From contig OZ199838.1 of assembly GCA_964304625.1 (NCBI GenBank), forward strand, positions 6,309,531-6,373,530: DNA of 64,000 nucleotides, in the 5' to 3' direction. This DNA is from Kudoa neothunni (lineage: Eukaryota; Animalia; Cnidaria). Within the stretch, counting starts at the first letter, position 1. Every line of letters starts with the position of its first letter. Of this stretch, positions 41,605-55,975 are shown in pieces. The position numbers and the translations under genes were made by a program. Below the pieces are notes generated by a model that had not been told where the DNA came from, ran no database searches, and was given only the letters and a program-made list of their open reading frames with translations.

Positions 41605-42692
41605 TACCATAAGTTGATTATGTCTCGGAATTTGGATTTTGTGAATAGTTGAATCCATTTGTATTGGAATAAGTTCATGAACTGATGGTATAACTGCTCC
41701 GTTTCTCCCTGAAATTTAATTTAAACAAATTAAATATGTATTAGTGATAGAATTATTAATTTTTTTATTCGGCCTAAATTATTATTTTTACGTAGAATTT
41801 AAGCCTGATTTTATTTTGATTCACTTAAGATTTACCTTATTATTTCTAGTTTTTAGCATTGAGCTTTGTTGAAAGTTCTGGCGAGAATAATACTTTTCAA
41901 ACTGTTTTTTGAATCAAAGAGTATACAATAAAATACTTATCTGGACAAAATCCTATGATACTACAAAATTGTTTGGAGTGGACATAAAACGCACAACTTA
42001 AAACCATAGAGTATAACGAAGTACACTTTATGAATTAGAAGAATGTAAATACAATTGGATACGCTTTTGGCTGATGACACCATCCTAGCCTTGATAAATT
42101 CAGAAAATATCTAAACATAATATAAAAATAAAATTAAGAGAATATTAGATAACCAAACAAATAATGCAGCCCCCAAGACGCCTTAATAAGATTATTATAG
42201 TTACCATCATTTAATACAATCTACATTCAAACACAAATAAACAAATAAATATATATACTAGTGTTGTTTGCGTCACAAATGACTACTTTATCACACAGTA
42301 CTTCGTTAGGTAATATGAGATTAACGTATGAATCAAAAGGGACGTTATGAATGTTGGTATTTTGACATTAGATGGGGTTTATTTAAAACTATGAAATGAG
42401 AACACTTTAAATTTTTTCATTTCCTTTCAGGTGAGATGTGTCATTAGTAGAGTTATATTCAACAAACTTTCTTTTATGTTTGAAGATAGAACCAACTTTT
42501 TTTGAATCAGCTACAACAGGGTCAGAGCAAAGTTGAACCAATGTAATGATACGTTTGCATTTTTATTATAATACGTTGAATTATTGGAAGTACCTGCATA
42601 TTCTAATAATCATAAATGATAATAGATTGGTTTGCTTTTTTTGCCTTACTCGATATAATGATGAGAACGCAGTATGATATAACTTTCTTCAT
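41605..42692 (-). CDS. Secreted saposin-like-domain protein, paralog B (possibly disrupted or truncated; 3' end uncertain)
   Basis: Signal-peptide exon MKKVISYCVLIIIS with phase-1 intron. Exons CQNTNIHNVPFDSYVNLILPNEVLCDKVVICDANNT, RRLGGCIICL|IFSEFIK and SKQFCSIIGFCPDK align with paralog A at matching intron positions. I could not close the frame at every junction. Confidence 0.55.
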
Positions 42693-43389
42693 TAGAAATT
42701 GAGATATTGGCGGTAAAGTGTGGCTAAATTGTCTTTAATAATTATATTTAATCTCTAGTTTTAATTGTTAACCATAGTCATATCTATAAAAAAATAAATA
42801 TAAGCCTGCTAATTATATTTTATTTAATTTATATTATATTATATTATATTATAAGAAAAAATTCAGATTAGTTTACTCACATTTGTATTATTCCAAAATA
42901 ACAATTTCTGAAAGATTGAAATATATTTGCAAGCAAGGTCTAAATTTATATTTTACTAAGAGAAGATATCCGAATTATTGTAATTTTTCCATTGAATCAT
43001 TTTATCAGTTAATCAACTGGTTGAAAAATAATGATTTATTGATACACTCTAAAGATAATCGCCAATACTAGTGTATTTAATCAAGGTTCACGAAATAAGT
43101 TTTAGTTGTGCTTGTTAAATTTTAGCTTGTGGGAGAATATTAAATGAACAATATTTCATTTATAAAATTTATCTAAACTCTAAATTTTATAGAGATTTGA
43201 TATGGGTTTAATAGTTGTTTTCCTGATTAAAACTATGATAAATTATGTACTTTTTTTATCATGCATAAAAACTAATCATCCATAATTGAGCAAGTTTTGG
43301 AATAACTGATAAACCCAATCAAATCTATAGAAATAGTTATTTTTTATTTTCTTCTCTATAATAACAAAATTAAAAATATCATTTTATTA

Positions 43390-46300
43390 AGAAACCGTTG
43401 ATACAACATGGGATTCCATTTTTCTGAGGTGGTCTTTATCGCAACAACGTTCCACCATTGATATTCTACATTATCGGTAGATGAAAAATTACACTTATAA
43501 ACATCAGTATGTACCGAACAAGGCTTTATTTGTGATGTGTTTTATGTTGGAATAAATTCAACATTTTAACGTTCCTTATTTTTCAATTTGCTGTGATAGC
43601 AAATGAACATTTTATAGAATAATCTATCATAGATAAAAAATACCTTTCCGAAAGACGGAATAAAATTAATAATCTGATCCGTTTTTAAGTCGATTCTTCC
43701 AAAATAATTCACTTTGCCTCAATATGTCTAATAATGAAGTTTTCTAAGGTTAAAATAGAAACTGCTATAAATAAAAACAATTAAATCCTTCTAATAAGGA
43801 GATAATTCGGATCTGATTTCACTGTTACAATTTTCGAGCCATAACTATTCATAAATTTGGTTGCCTCAAGATTTTCACAATTATTTGTTCTTCTTAGTGG
43901 AAATAAAATTATTTACATAATGTGAGACTGGGTAACTATAGGCAAATCAGTGAAACGTATATTTGAGAAAATAGGGGACTGTTTGATAGGGTCCTAACCA
44001 TAAACGTTTTTTAAATAGAAGCATAACATTCGAGATAGAACGTTAGTTTCTAAGGTGTACTTCTGTCATTAAATTATTTGTAAATACACGTAGACGAATT
44101 GAATGCTTAATGCCTCATCATAAATAGCAATGTTAAATTCGAGTACTTGTAGGCGGTTCATATTACCGAGAATAACCTTTTTAAATAGGAGGATTTTGAG
44201 TTTCTCGAATCAGTAACTTAACCAGCTTTTTAACATCAACATACTTTTTAGACATTTTAAATTTTATATAAGAACAAAATCGGGTAGGAATAAATCATCC
44301 TCAAGTGAGTATATATTGCAATATATCTTTGTTTGCATCCATTGCTTTAAGAAATAACTATATAAAATTCTTGAATCCTAAATTAAAATTATAAATCTTC
44401 TTTATTCAAAACCCGGTGAAGTACCAAAATTGCAGATGAATCGATCAGTACAGCGGTTTTTAAAATGGGCCCGACAAGAAAGTTTTAACGAAAGGTTCTG
44501 CGAAAAAGTTCCAAGTTCAAAATAAAACTTGTTTTAGCTTCTTCAATATATTGTTCATTGAGACATTTGTTTAAGGTATATTTTATCATTCATAATTATA
44601 AAAAGTAAAATATTGAAGCTATGGTACATTAAAATTTAGACAGCCGCTATGGTTACGAGTTATAATGATCAGCTAGGACGAGTTTTGACCATATTTATTA
44701 TTTCCGACCCCGTCTACAATTCTAATTATCATCAACTAGCCGTAATACCCGGCTAAGCTCGGGGTGTTGAAAATATATAATTCAGGGGAAAAAATTCCAA
44801 TATAACATCTATATACAGATTTATCGACCACAACCTCCACCCCAGATGGCTCTAACCCTCTCGGTCATCCGAAGGTTGATTTAGATGAAAACTTAAAACG
44901 CTAAGAAAATACAACTAAAAATTGTTCTATTCTTGTGAAATTATAATCATCTCTATTCGGACACAAATTCTACTATTCCTAATAAATTACCTTTAACAAT
45001 CCCATAAATTTTTTGAAATTTCACCATTTCTTGAAACACACTATCTTTGGGTAATTCCGAAGTTTGTTTTGTATATATGTATAGACAGATAATATTTGAC
45101 CTATTCTAACAATCTGGCTCTGTAAATCACGTAAAAATATGAGTTTTTCGTATTAAAACTGACGGGCGTCCAAGCGTGTACATTATTTTGGCTTAAACCC
45201 CCTGACGAAAGCCCTGGTTTATAATTGATTAAAAATCGAATGTACATGGCAAAATGTATTGAAAAGCAAGTAGACTCTCAATGACGTCTAAAATATTAAA
45301 AACCATTTTTTTAGTAGAAGTAAATCAATCATGATGTGCCAACAAATCTGTATTAATAACCAATCAGGTGAACATAGAGAATACACTTGTCAGATTCAGA
45401 TTTTAATGGAAAAATATCGCGAGAATAAGTCGTAAAGTGATCTCCGAAGAAATATCTGTATCGTTTCACCATCGAATCATAACTTTGAAGAGTTCAAATG
45501 GCAGATAGGTAAGATTGCCGCTTCTACACTTCGCGCCTCCATTCCACAGTGGAAATTGGGCTTAGAATGTACGCCAACTAACAAGTGTGATCCTTCTAAA
45601 ATTATAGTTCGATATATTGAAGTGGTTTGGTAAACTTTTGAATTGCTGAAGACGTATTAGATAATACAAAGTAATAGGACCAAAAGATAGTTCATTGCAA
45701 CCGAAGGACAATATGAGTGGTTTAAGGTGAATTCTTGTGGTTATTTATTGAAGCGCTGATGTAGTAGGCTTAAGGAGCCAGATTTCCCCACAAAGCCAAT
45801 AAATTACGCTTATTTTTTTTACCTAGCGAACAACAAAAGTACAAAGATTTAATGTATAGAATTGATGTTCATAAAATAATTATAACAATTATAAAAGGTT
45901 ATTTTTGCTTTATAGCATCTAAAAAATTGATTTCATCATAAACTGGATTCATTAGTCAATGTTCATACTGCCTTGAAAATTTTTCTCCCAAATGTAAGTC
46001 AGTTAAGAAAAACTAAAATGATATTCAAATTCTTCCCATTTTATCTCCATTTCATTTAAACAAAAAAACATTTTGTTTGAAGACTACTAAAAACTGTAAT
46101 AATAGTATGGACTTATAATTTTGTCGAAAAAATCAGTATTTGAATTTTGTAAATAACGATACGATTAATGTGGCATTATAACCGTACATAATTTGATAAT
46201 TGCGAAAGAACATTGCATAAAGTCATTCTGAATAATAAAAGATTCAATCACAAAAGAAAATTCTAATAATTTTTTAATAAAGTTCCATAATTATATCGAT

Positions 46301-47484
46301 TCAAAGCATATTTAGGATATAGACGACTTATTGGAATTTTTGAAATAGATTTTTTTAAGCATAGTTGACCAAATCTTGCGGAGTAATATTATTAAACATG
46401 CTCTTCCAAGCTTGTTCTATATTTTGCAACAGACTTCTGTCTTCATTAGGATCATCTAATTTTGAGAGTTAATAGGAATGATTAATTTAATGTTTATGCT
46501 ACTTGATGAGGTTCGATTAGTACGTCTAGGATGATTCATAAATTTAGATAATAATTTAATATAAAATAATAAATTACCCTCTCATAAACCTTGATAACAC
46601 AATATCCATGCCATTGATAGTCGAGTGAAGAATTCTTTAAGCGATTTACATATCAAATTGAACATACAGAATATACCTATCAGGACAAACTCTAGAGTCA
46701 TAACAATAATTTTTGCCATATGAACCCAATACATATGTAGAAAACATATTTATCATTCTTTCGCACTACAGAAACTAACTAAAATTACCAAGGATATTAC
46801 ATACCAATCCATTTGACGATTGGCCACAGTAACGAATGTATAAGGAAGAATTTGTTGAAGGTGTCAGTATATATTTTATTGATTCGGAGATAACCTATAT
46901 TTATCGTTGATATGTTCCAATTTCAAATATAGTAATTATCACTAAGCACGATAAACAATTTTGTTGGGATCGTAATGATACAACTAACAATACAAATCAG
47001 AATAAACCAATATTCTCTATAATAAGATGTCCCAAATAATAATGAATTATAAACCTGTGTTGTTATCGTTACAAACCACCATATTTTCGCACATAAAATC
47101 GATTGGAAACATATTATTCATGTATGCTTCAAAAGGGATTTGATAGTAATGATGATCTTGGCACTAAACCTTATTTATTGAACGCATACAAACTGATAAA
47201 TACAACGTATTCGTTTGAATTTTGGCATCGCTGCCTGACCATATTTCGCACAGCATTCAATAAGGAATATATAACATTCACCGATAGAGTCAATCTGGTT
47301 GGTGAAACCTATAACATTTAGACTGATAACTAAACGCCAAACACGAGTTGTACATCCTGACTATTAGTCAAAGGATTCCCGTATGCTATGGTGTAATCTA
47401 ATAAAGATTGTATTACGATAGATATAATGCACTTTTACTTGAAAAAACGATCAAGAAACAAATTTTTAGAATAGTATCTTTCAT
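43390..47484 (-). CDS. Secreted saposin-like-domain protein, paralog A (many small exons; C-terminal part uncertain and interrupted by insertions)
   Basis: Signal exon MKDTILKICFLIVFS. Spliced unit C-LS-C-x23-C-x7-C-x19-C-x5-C (QQNCLSCL|VISESIK..RYCGQSSNGL|CERM..NYCYDSRVCPDR) fits saposin-B cysteine spacing. Confidence 0.6.
44736..45089 (-). mobile_element. Short non-autonomous Helitron
   Basis: Minus strand A|TCTGTCTATACATATATA at the 5' end. 3' imperfect hairpin CCCGAGC-TTA-GCCGGG followed by CTAG|T. Confidence 0.7.
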
Positions 47485-48127
47485 TTTATTGCTGAGCACT
47501 TTAAAGAGTTAATAATGAACCCTTAAATAGTTAGCTGTTATCAATTAAATTCATAACTGTAGATAAAACTTTATTCTAACAGAAAACCTGACAAGCCAAG
47601 TTTAAAATTGAGCTCCACATGGAACAAATATCCATTGAATTCTCTAGACAGATATTACAATTTTCTTAACTCTATCTCATCGGCAGTCATTCACCAATAA
47701 TCATAATTTCAGACCAATTTCAACATTACCCCACATATTCAGATGACTTTAAAATAAAAGAAAATCTGTGTAATTATTAAATTAGTCATTTTATTTTCGA
47801 TGCAAAATAAAGATAAAACTCAGTTTTTCAAGGAGATAATAATAAAGCTATATCTAATCTAAAAAACTAAGTTAATCCAATTCTTTCGGTTTTTTGTCAT
47901 CATTATGATGATAACAGTCTCCAAGGAGTCTTAAGGGAATTTCCGATAGCTTCATTTTATTTGTATTGTTTTATATATAAGCAAAGCGTTAAGTTATTTG
48001 ACACCTAGTGGGCTAATAAAACGCGGAATTTTTTGCATTCGATTTCCAATTTATTGCAAGAAAAAGCGTAAAATAGAAACTCATAAAACGTTGATAAACT
48101 ACAATAACAACATTGTTAATCCAAAAA

Positions 48128-48478
48128 TTATTTTTTCGCAAGCTCATTCCTATTCAACTTTTAAAAAAAGTCATTGAAACATTACATTTACTCAAGGATC
48201 TGTAAAAACTCGTCTGCTGTGCAGTTTTCCCAACAATCCTCCCAAACATTATCTTTTGTGGATGAGTAAGCACGTTTGAGCTTTGTTAGTTCATCGTTTG
48301 AGACATCTAAATGCAAAAAAATCATTCAATTTAAGTCAACCAATAATCCACAATTGCCTCGACAAGGAAAGTCCTCAAAATCGTCTTGTTCCAAAGGTAA
48401 CAATTGGAGGAGACAATTGTAATATTCTGAGGAAGTAACGTTTTGGGGTAACTTAAACTCTTTGCTCTCTGTCACCAT
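48128..48478 (-). CDS. SEM1: 26S proteasome/BRCA2-associated subunit SEM1 (DSS1), 3 exons
   Basis: Spliced protein ...LLPLEQDDFEDFP...DNVWEDCWENCTADEFLQILENELAKK* matches the two acidic-aromatic DSS1 motifs and the C-terminal helix. Absent from the ORF track. Confidence 0.88.
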
Positions 48479-49367
48479 TTGTTAAAGGATGCGTGCGCGT
48501 CCATTAAGGATTTCCATGTACTTGGTCTACCTTTCCATCTTTTTAAAATAAAATTTTCATCGCATCCACATTATATGAGAATGAGTTTTATAAACTAATC
48601 TGACAAACTAATTCAAATTCATTCATTGCATAAATTAATTGATAGTGCCATTTTTAATCCTTTAAGCGTCCGTAACTTTAAAATATCGAAAAAAATTTTC
48701 AGAGTATGTTTTAAAATCAATGTAAGATAATAAAAGATTTAGAGATTAATCTTTTATATCTATTTTTTGTGAGATATTCGAATTACACAATAAATTGAGA
48801 AATATGTCGAGATGTGCCAATGTCCCTAAAAAATATTAAGAAATTATCTGCAGAACTGAAAATTTATCAGATTTTATATTAAAATATTTTAATGATTTTT
48901 CGTTAAAATCGTAAAATTCCGCAATATTTTTCCCAAACCTTAGAATTTGATCAATTTTCAAACACTAATAAGGGCACTACAATTAGTTAAGATTTAAAAT
49001 TAAAATACATCTACTCATTTGTGTCACTGTTGAGATTAAATGGCCATTTTTACAACAATGAGAGAATATTTTTGGGATAGCATCACGAAATGTTTAAAGG
49101 AGAGTGAATCGTAGTATTGTAGATAAGATCTAGGTGGCACTAGTTTTGACTATATTTAATTATTTCTGGTACCTAAGAACAAAATTGTGGGTCAGAAATA
49201 ATTAAATACATTAAACCAATATTTCTCAATGTGGGGTGTGACAAAATTTTGGTGAGATATAAAAATTTTTGAACGTTTAATGAAGCGCTCTGACGCGGAA
49301 ATCGTAAGTATTCGTGCGGCATGGATAATGGTGAGACAGTAGGGCAGTATAACATACTTTGAAATTT

Positions 49368-52332
49368 ATATCGCGATTTTGGGGCTAAAGTTTACTTTAG
49401 ATCCATTTGATCCGGATTAATTTTCGTATACAAACCAAGATAAATCAGCATAAGAGAGATTAAACTTTTTAAATATGATTTACTGCATTTATGGTTTTTG
49501 CGAAGATTTGATCGCTAATTTTTTAAGTATATATTTAAAAAGGTAGTTAGGCGTCAGACGAGGTTTCTTAATTCGAATACAGCAACATTTTCATTTGCGA
49601 GCGCCCAGGATGGCTTCAATATGATTCGCCTTTACAACGCCTCTGCTCACAAATTCTTGGCTATGATTTACAACACAGTGCAAATATTCATTTTATCCAG
49701 CCGTCTGTATCAATTCAGACAATCTGACCAAATAATGGAACTTCTCCCGACCCAACGAATTATAATACCTGTAAATGTTTCCTCATTTCACACTGTGTGG
49801 TCTCCCTAAATACATTTCTACGTTCCAATACCCCACCAACAATCAAATAATCTTGATTCGACAAAATCATCCCAACATTATATTTCCTCCTGCAAAGTAA
49901 GGATTTGTCTATCGGGGTGACTACTCAAATTCCTTAGATTTTGTTTGAATTCTTTACAACTTAGTTGGAATGGACATACCGGATGAAACATTAATACAGT
50001 CGAGATTCGATATTGCGTAATTTTTGGGGCCAAGGAAAAATTACGCAATAAAAAGGTTTTACGCAATATCGAGTCACGCACACGCGCACTTGTAAAAATA
50101 TTCGATTTAAACTTGTTTTGTGCGTTTATCCTACTTTAAATCATTGCTAGTGAAATAAAATAAATATAAGGAATTTTATCTAAATTAACCAGACAAAATT
50201 ATTATGAAAAAATGAAGTAATTTTAGTTTGGTGCCATCTTTGAGATGATATTTTTAAAATTCGATCCATTATCGGATGAAGATCGATGAGTCCAGATGGA
50301 TCTTCCTGAATAAACACCTTCCTTAATGTACTTACGGCATGCTTTATATCTTTTGCTGGAACTTTTGGTTCTTCCTCATCAGATTTGATTTCATTCTTAA
50401 TTGGATTCACTGTTGATATTAAGACATCGCCGTTATATTCTTCACAAGTAGGTAAGTTATCATCATCAAAGTTGGTCTCCCATGTTTCCTCCTCGACTAT
50501 AAAAATATTAAAATTTTATTGAATATTTATACTCTGTTCATCTTCGAAAATTTTATTATTTGTTTCCGTCTCTGTATCTCCTATGATAATGGATTAATTT
50601 TTGAAGTTCGCATTAGCTTTTACTTTCGCTAAATATGCCCGACTTTTTAAAACAGTTGACAATAATTTCAGGTGGAATACTGTTTCATGCTTCTTGGAGT
50701 GTCAAAATTGCATTAAGTAATGTAAATTTATTATTTAACGAATCATCACATAATGCCATATGGCTACACAATATTTTTTTATATCTACTTTTAAGACAAT
50801 TAATCACTCCGAGATCGAGTGGCTGTAAAACACTTGTAGAATTTTTCGTTGTTCTGACTCCATTTTAAAATTTAATTTTTTCATTATCTAGACAAAAAAT
50901 AGCAGAGGTCATCCGAGAATTTTTTTGGGCATAATACTCATAAGGTAAATTTTTCACCCCCTTGAAGCACCTGGGGTTTTGGTATTTCCCAATTACGACT
51001 AAGGGCAACTTTTCTCCGCTTAAAGAGCACGATGCCAAAATCGTTATTCTTTTTTTCGATAGCTTTTTAACTTTAATGTCATTTTCTTCTTTTAATACAT
51101 AACTACTGTTCTGTAATTGCTCATAAAACGAACCAGTTTCGTCAATATTGATTATATTTTTTGGGCTATATATGCTTATCAAATTTTTATTTTCATAGAT
51201 CCACGAATCAATAAACGCGACGTTAGCGCTCGCAGCTTCACCATGAAAATACTTGAAAATGATTCCAAACCTTTTTTTAAACCCCGCTAGCCAACCCCTG
51301 CTTGCTTTAAAATTTTGAACTACATTCTTTCTGAAAATTATGGTGGCAATTTCAAGTATTACGTCACCAAAAATAATGTGACCATTGGTGCGTTTTTTGA
51401 TAAACCATTCATAAACTTCTTCGCCTATGTTGATAAATCTTCCATTTGAATGCCTCTTCCTATTTCCTGCAACATCTGAATTTTTCAGCTTGGTTTCATG
51501 AGAAAGAATTCTGTCAAGCGTTGAATGTCCTTTAAGAAATAAATTATCGATTAAAAATAATCATACCACTAAGTTTAAACTTTTCAACCGTCATTTTCTT
51601 TGCGCCCTTTATTGATTTTATTGAATTGTAATATTGTATTATTCTAATTTTCTCAGAAATTTCACGCTGCTCCCTGGACATACTGAAGATGAAATCACGC
51701 AATACTAAATCAGAGGCACATAGAACAAATATTTTTTTATTTTTATTCTATATTATTAATTTAATAAATAAAGTAATGATATAACTCTAAAATTAAGTCC
51801 CAATGTAAATATCTTCATATCGAAAATCTTAAATTACGCAATACCGAATCACGCACTATCCAATCTCGACTGTATTCGACTATGGTTTTTCACGAGTTCC
51901 ATCTCATCGAAAGTAAACTTTTGTGAGGATACATCGCGCGAATACAAGAATATGACCTTTAAAAATTTTTATACCTTCAGATGACCTCGTTTAAAGGAAC
52001 TACCAATCCTAGAAGATTTTGTTTTAATATTTTGAGAAATAATGTTTATATCCAACACTCAGCTGACTTTTTGAAAGAGACAGGTGCATTACAAATATGT
52101 GGGTTACTGTCTAGAAGCCCCAGCTTTCTCCTTACTTGTATGTTATAATGATCATCGTATTTTAATAGATCTTTAAAATGAAGTTCTATTGTTTCAGCGT
52201 CAATAAACTCGGCAGATGGAACAGAAATAGTCAACTTTAATATGCTTTTTTATTAGAGTTTTAAACCTCGCGCCTACGAAAATAAATCTGGATTAAATTG
52301 ATCTAAAGTAAACATTGACTCGATTTTTGATA
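49368..52332 (-). mobile_element. Heavily decayed Merlin element split by a Tigger insertion (ends approximate)
   Basis: Imperfect ~60-bp inverted repeats with core CTAAAGT(T/A)(T/A)AC. Remnants IDKSLLCRRKYNVG..IVGG, IIWSD and VVNHSQEFVS..NHIEA. Confidence 0.7.
49997..51872 (-). mobile_element. Tigger (TIGD4/6-like) DNA transposon, disrupted transposase
   Basis: TA TSDs (49995-49996, 51873-51874). TIR CAGTCGAGATT(C/G)GATA(T/G)TGCGT. Motifs FKASRGWLAGFKKR, HGEAASA, NIDETG, IGKYQNPRCFK and LQPLDLGVI. Confidence 0.92.
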
Positions 52333-52415
52333 TCGCTTATTTTTGAGTGATGGTAAATATCACAAAAATACAAAACGCAACGACTAATTATATAAACAGT
52401 AATAATAATCTTTAA

Positions 52416-53672
52416 CCCTCCCGGGACTGCGCGGGGCCATTGGTAACCCCATTTTTGGTAAATGTTTGTTTTTATCTACTTAAACTTTTCATTTTAATTT
52501 TTTGGTTTATGTAATCTTAGATTAACGTGTATTGTTTAGAAATACAAAATTTCAGATAAATTATAGTATTCTACGGTTCAAAAATTTTGTTTAATGTTAC
52601 GTATCACTCATATATGTTATTTAGAACTATTTTATACGGTTGTATCAAGTGTGTTTAATTTATATGATAAGAAAAATTGCCATTTCAATATATATTATCA
52701 TGACCAAACTGAGGAATATTGTAATTTGTAACCATTCTTGTTATCTGTTATAAGATTCCGAAGATGGAATAGGATTAAAGAGATTAATCCCTTTTTATTA
52801 TCGTCCAGGTTATTGCGCGTTGAAAACCGAACGGGTTGTCTGATGTGCATTTAAAATATTTTATAATATTTATTTTTTCAATAAATTAAATTCAAATTGT
52901 AGTAAATTAAAAGGTGACCATATTTTACTAAAAATTAATAGTTTAGTCATTTAATTAATAGATTAAAACTTAGTCACATTATTTCTGTCATGATATCGTC
53001 AGATTTGAAACGATTCCCTATTCCATAAAATTAACAAGTGAACATTTATGTTATTTGTTGTATTTTTTTTAATTTTTTTAATTTTTAGTAAAATGAAACT
53101 AGACCATTTCCTTATTACTATAGAAACGATTAAAACCAAGTTGAAAGAAATAAGCTTTGAATCATACTTATATCTTGATTAAAACTAATTTCATTCATAA
53201 AAAATAAATTCATCCTTACTTATTTAGAATTAACATTATTGTTTATTTTTCAATATGTGTTGTAAACACATCTTTTGTTAATCAATGATGGATTACGTAA
53301 CATCACCGGAGTTACCTCCTGTTAGTGACATGGCGGGGCGGCCTGATATTGATATTAAAAGTGGCATAGAAGTTTCTATTTTGTTACATTCAATTAAACC
53401 GAAACCTAAATAGTTATACCTATTACATCTATCGTTTGAAGTTTTGTTTGGATAAGTTTAATTGGTAATGCCTCCCGATATCGTTACGATATTTTAAACG
53501 AATTCTTTCGTCGCTTTGATATTTTACGCATATATTTCAATTTTAAAAAGATTAATTAATTTATATACCAAAAGTTCGAATCATACTCAATCATTATAAT
53601 AGAAAACGACTGGGGTCGCTGACCGACCCCATGGGAACACGCGTAAGTTTTTCGAGCGCGGTCCTTTGAGGG
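52416..53672. mobile_element. Non-autonomous piggyBac
   Basis: TTAA flanks (52412-52415, 53673-53676). Imperfect TIRs CCCTCCCGGGACTGCG / CGCGGTCCTTTGAGGG. GGGG..ACCCC palindromes at ~52433 and ~53612. No ORF. Confidence 0.85.
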
Positions 53673-54959
53673 TTAACGTGTCTTTCACCCAAATTGATCA
53701 GACCGGTTTGAATCTCAATTATGTCTCATTAAGAATCATATATCCCCCCTCCGTTGGTTATACCGAATATAATATACATGACAGTCTTTCCTAATGAAGG
53801 TTGGATTACCAAGAGTTTCACTTGATGCTGTTTTCGACGGATTGAGGAAGTAAAGATGCTAATTTTTAAGGTTCGCCGATATATTAAGTTAGATCTGATC
53901 GAAAACCTTTTAATTTTAATGAGAGATGAAATATGTATTACAGTCAGTAATCGATTTTGCACACTTTTCCCCAGACACTCTGTTGGTCAATGTAGCATTA
54001 TTCGCAAAAAAATTAGAAATTTAGCGATAAGCAAAAATAAAAATACAAAATAACAAAATACTTCGAAAATCTTCTATAAATAACCGTTAAGATAGTTACT
54101 GTGAGACATTTCAACATATCAAATATAGCAGTTCTAAATGGCCTCCTCGAAAAAAGAACTAAATTTTCTCTTTAATTCAAAAAAGTTTAGATCGTTTCGG
54201 ATCATCGTTAGAATTGGAAATTGATTTGTATGTGTCAAAATATGACACAAACCTAAATTAGTGATTTTTTCAAAAATTGAAATTATCACTTTATTTTTGT
54301 TCTATTGTAGAATTTATATTCGTTTATACTATTTCGACCAAAAAATATCAATTTTTCTTCTAAAATCCCCCAAAAGTGGATATATCATTATTATGTGTGT
54401 GCGCGGAAAAGTATGTAAAATCGGTTCTGGATAGATTTTACACATTTTTTTCGTGGTCCCGGAGGTATTGTGCAAAATCGATTACATACTATATTTGCTT
54501 TCAAATGTTAATGTGGTAGGGAGCTTTTTTCCGTGTTATAAACAGTTTAAGTTGGAAAATCGATACTTTTGAATGGGATGGGGTATGGAACTTTTTTTCA
54601 AGGAAAGGTGGGGCGCGATAAAAAGAACGTTGGAAAACACTGCAATAAACTCTTGATATTTTGTAACTCGGTATTGCGTAATTCATTATATTTTAGTTTA
54701 TTTTTTTTATATTTTTATCTTGATAAAGAAAAAAATAATAATATATGAAATCAAACCCCCACTTTTTATGGTATAATTTTATACAAGATGTAAAAAAGTA
54801 AAAGAAAAGCAAAAATAAATGTTATTGCTATTGCGTAACTAAAATTTTTGAATTTAATCTTCAAAATGTTTTGAAATAAAACCCGAAAATGACTCGTTCC
54901 CAAAGAAATATTAAATATAAAACCAGAATAAACAAACATTATAAATCATAATGTAAAGG

Positions 54960-55030
54960 GTAGGCGCGGATAGGGCTCGAACCTTCGTGTCATAGCTTAA
55001 AGGCGGTGGTGCCATACTGCTCTGCTGCAG
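54960..55030 (-). pseudogene. tRNA-like remnant (pseudo-tRNA or SINE head)
   Basis: Minus strand carries a box-B/T-loop GGTTCGAGCC at tRNA-like spacing, but the stems do not pair into a cloverleaf. Confidence 0.35.
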
Positions 55031-55975
55031 ATTGCGTATATGTTAACTCTGGTTACAATCCTTATGATTAGGGATGACGGTTTCCGATATTTATTTTTAA
55101 AAATTTCGACGACTAAAATCGACGCTACTTTAGTTGGTCCCAGGAGCGCGCGCACATTTTTGAACATTTTAAATTTAAAAATTTTGGAATAAGATCCGCC
55201 AAAAAACCTTTCTTATCCAATAGCGATAGCGGAACACACCGAGAACAATAACAGAAACCTAATTTTCCTCAATTTTGCCATTTTTTCTATTTAAAAAAAT
55301 AACTGATAGGGAAGTGCCTTGGAATGATTTTTTAACGAAATATAATTCGTTGACTCTATTTTCTTATCAAGTCTATTTTGTTGTAGAAATAATTTCACTT
55401 TGCAATATTTTCAGGCTAATTCATTTCCCGACTTCTCTATGTCAATCCATTCAACAAGGAAACTATCAAATTCCCTTAGGTTACTATTAATTTCAAGCTA
55501 TTTGGGAGATTTCAACTTTTTTCATAATATAAACGTTAAACCAATTTTTTTAAAATTTCTATGATTAAAATAGATTATGATCGAAAATTGCGATCCCTGC
55601 GTATAATCGATCATTATACAATATAGTCAAAGAATCTAGGAAACTCCACAAAATTAACGAAGATTTTTTAAAAATAACTGTTTGCGCATGTGCGTGTTTT
55701 AGTATTGCGTGATTTCTTGCTATTGTGTAACTATTCTTTTGTCCCAGAAATTTATGCAATGTCGAGAGTTTGTTGTATAACCGATTTTATAAATTTAAAT
55801 CTGTAACCAACTTGCGAGTAAGAGTTTCTGAGATTAAAAATTAATAGTGCGCGTGCGTGAATGCCATTTAAGATTAAAAATAACCGTGTCAATAGACAAC
55901 GCCATAAAAAAAATATATATATATATTTTAAGAGTAATATATAGTTATTGAAAAAAATGTTTCATATATTCCAGT

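Noticed and set aside
45200-45800. Gypsy RT-like scrap (FIATEGQYEWFKV) and CTGACGA hammerhead-like core
   Set aside because: Too decayed. No matching GAAA/stem for a hammerhead and no LTRs.
45980-46012. FLTDLH reading downstream of a saposin domain, suggesting acid sphingomyelinase
   Set aside because: Flanked by stops and possibly intronic. I found no further metallophosphoesterase motifs (GD, GNHE).
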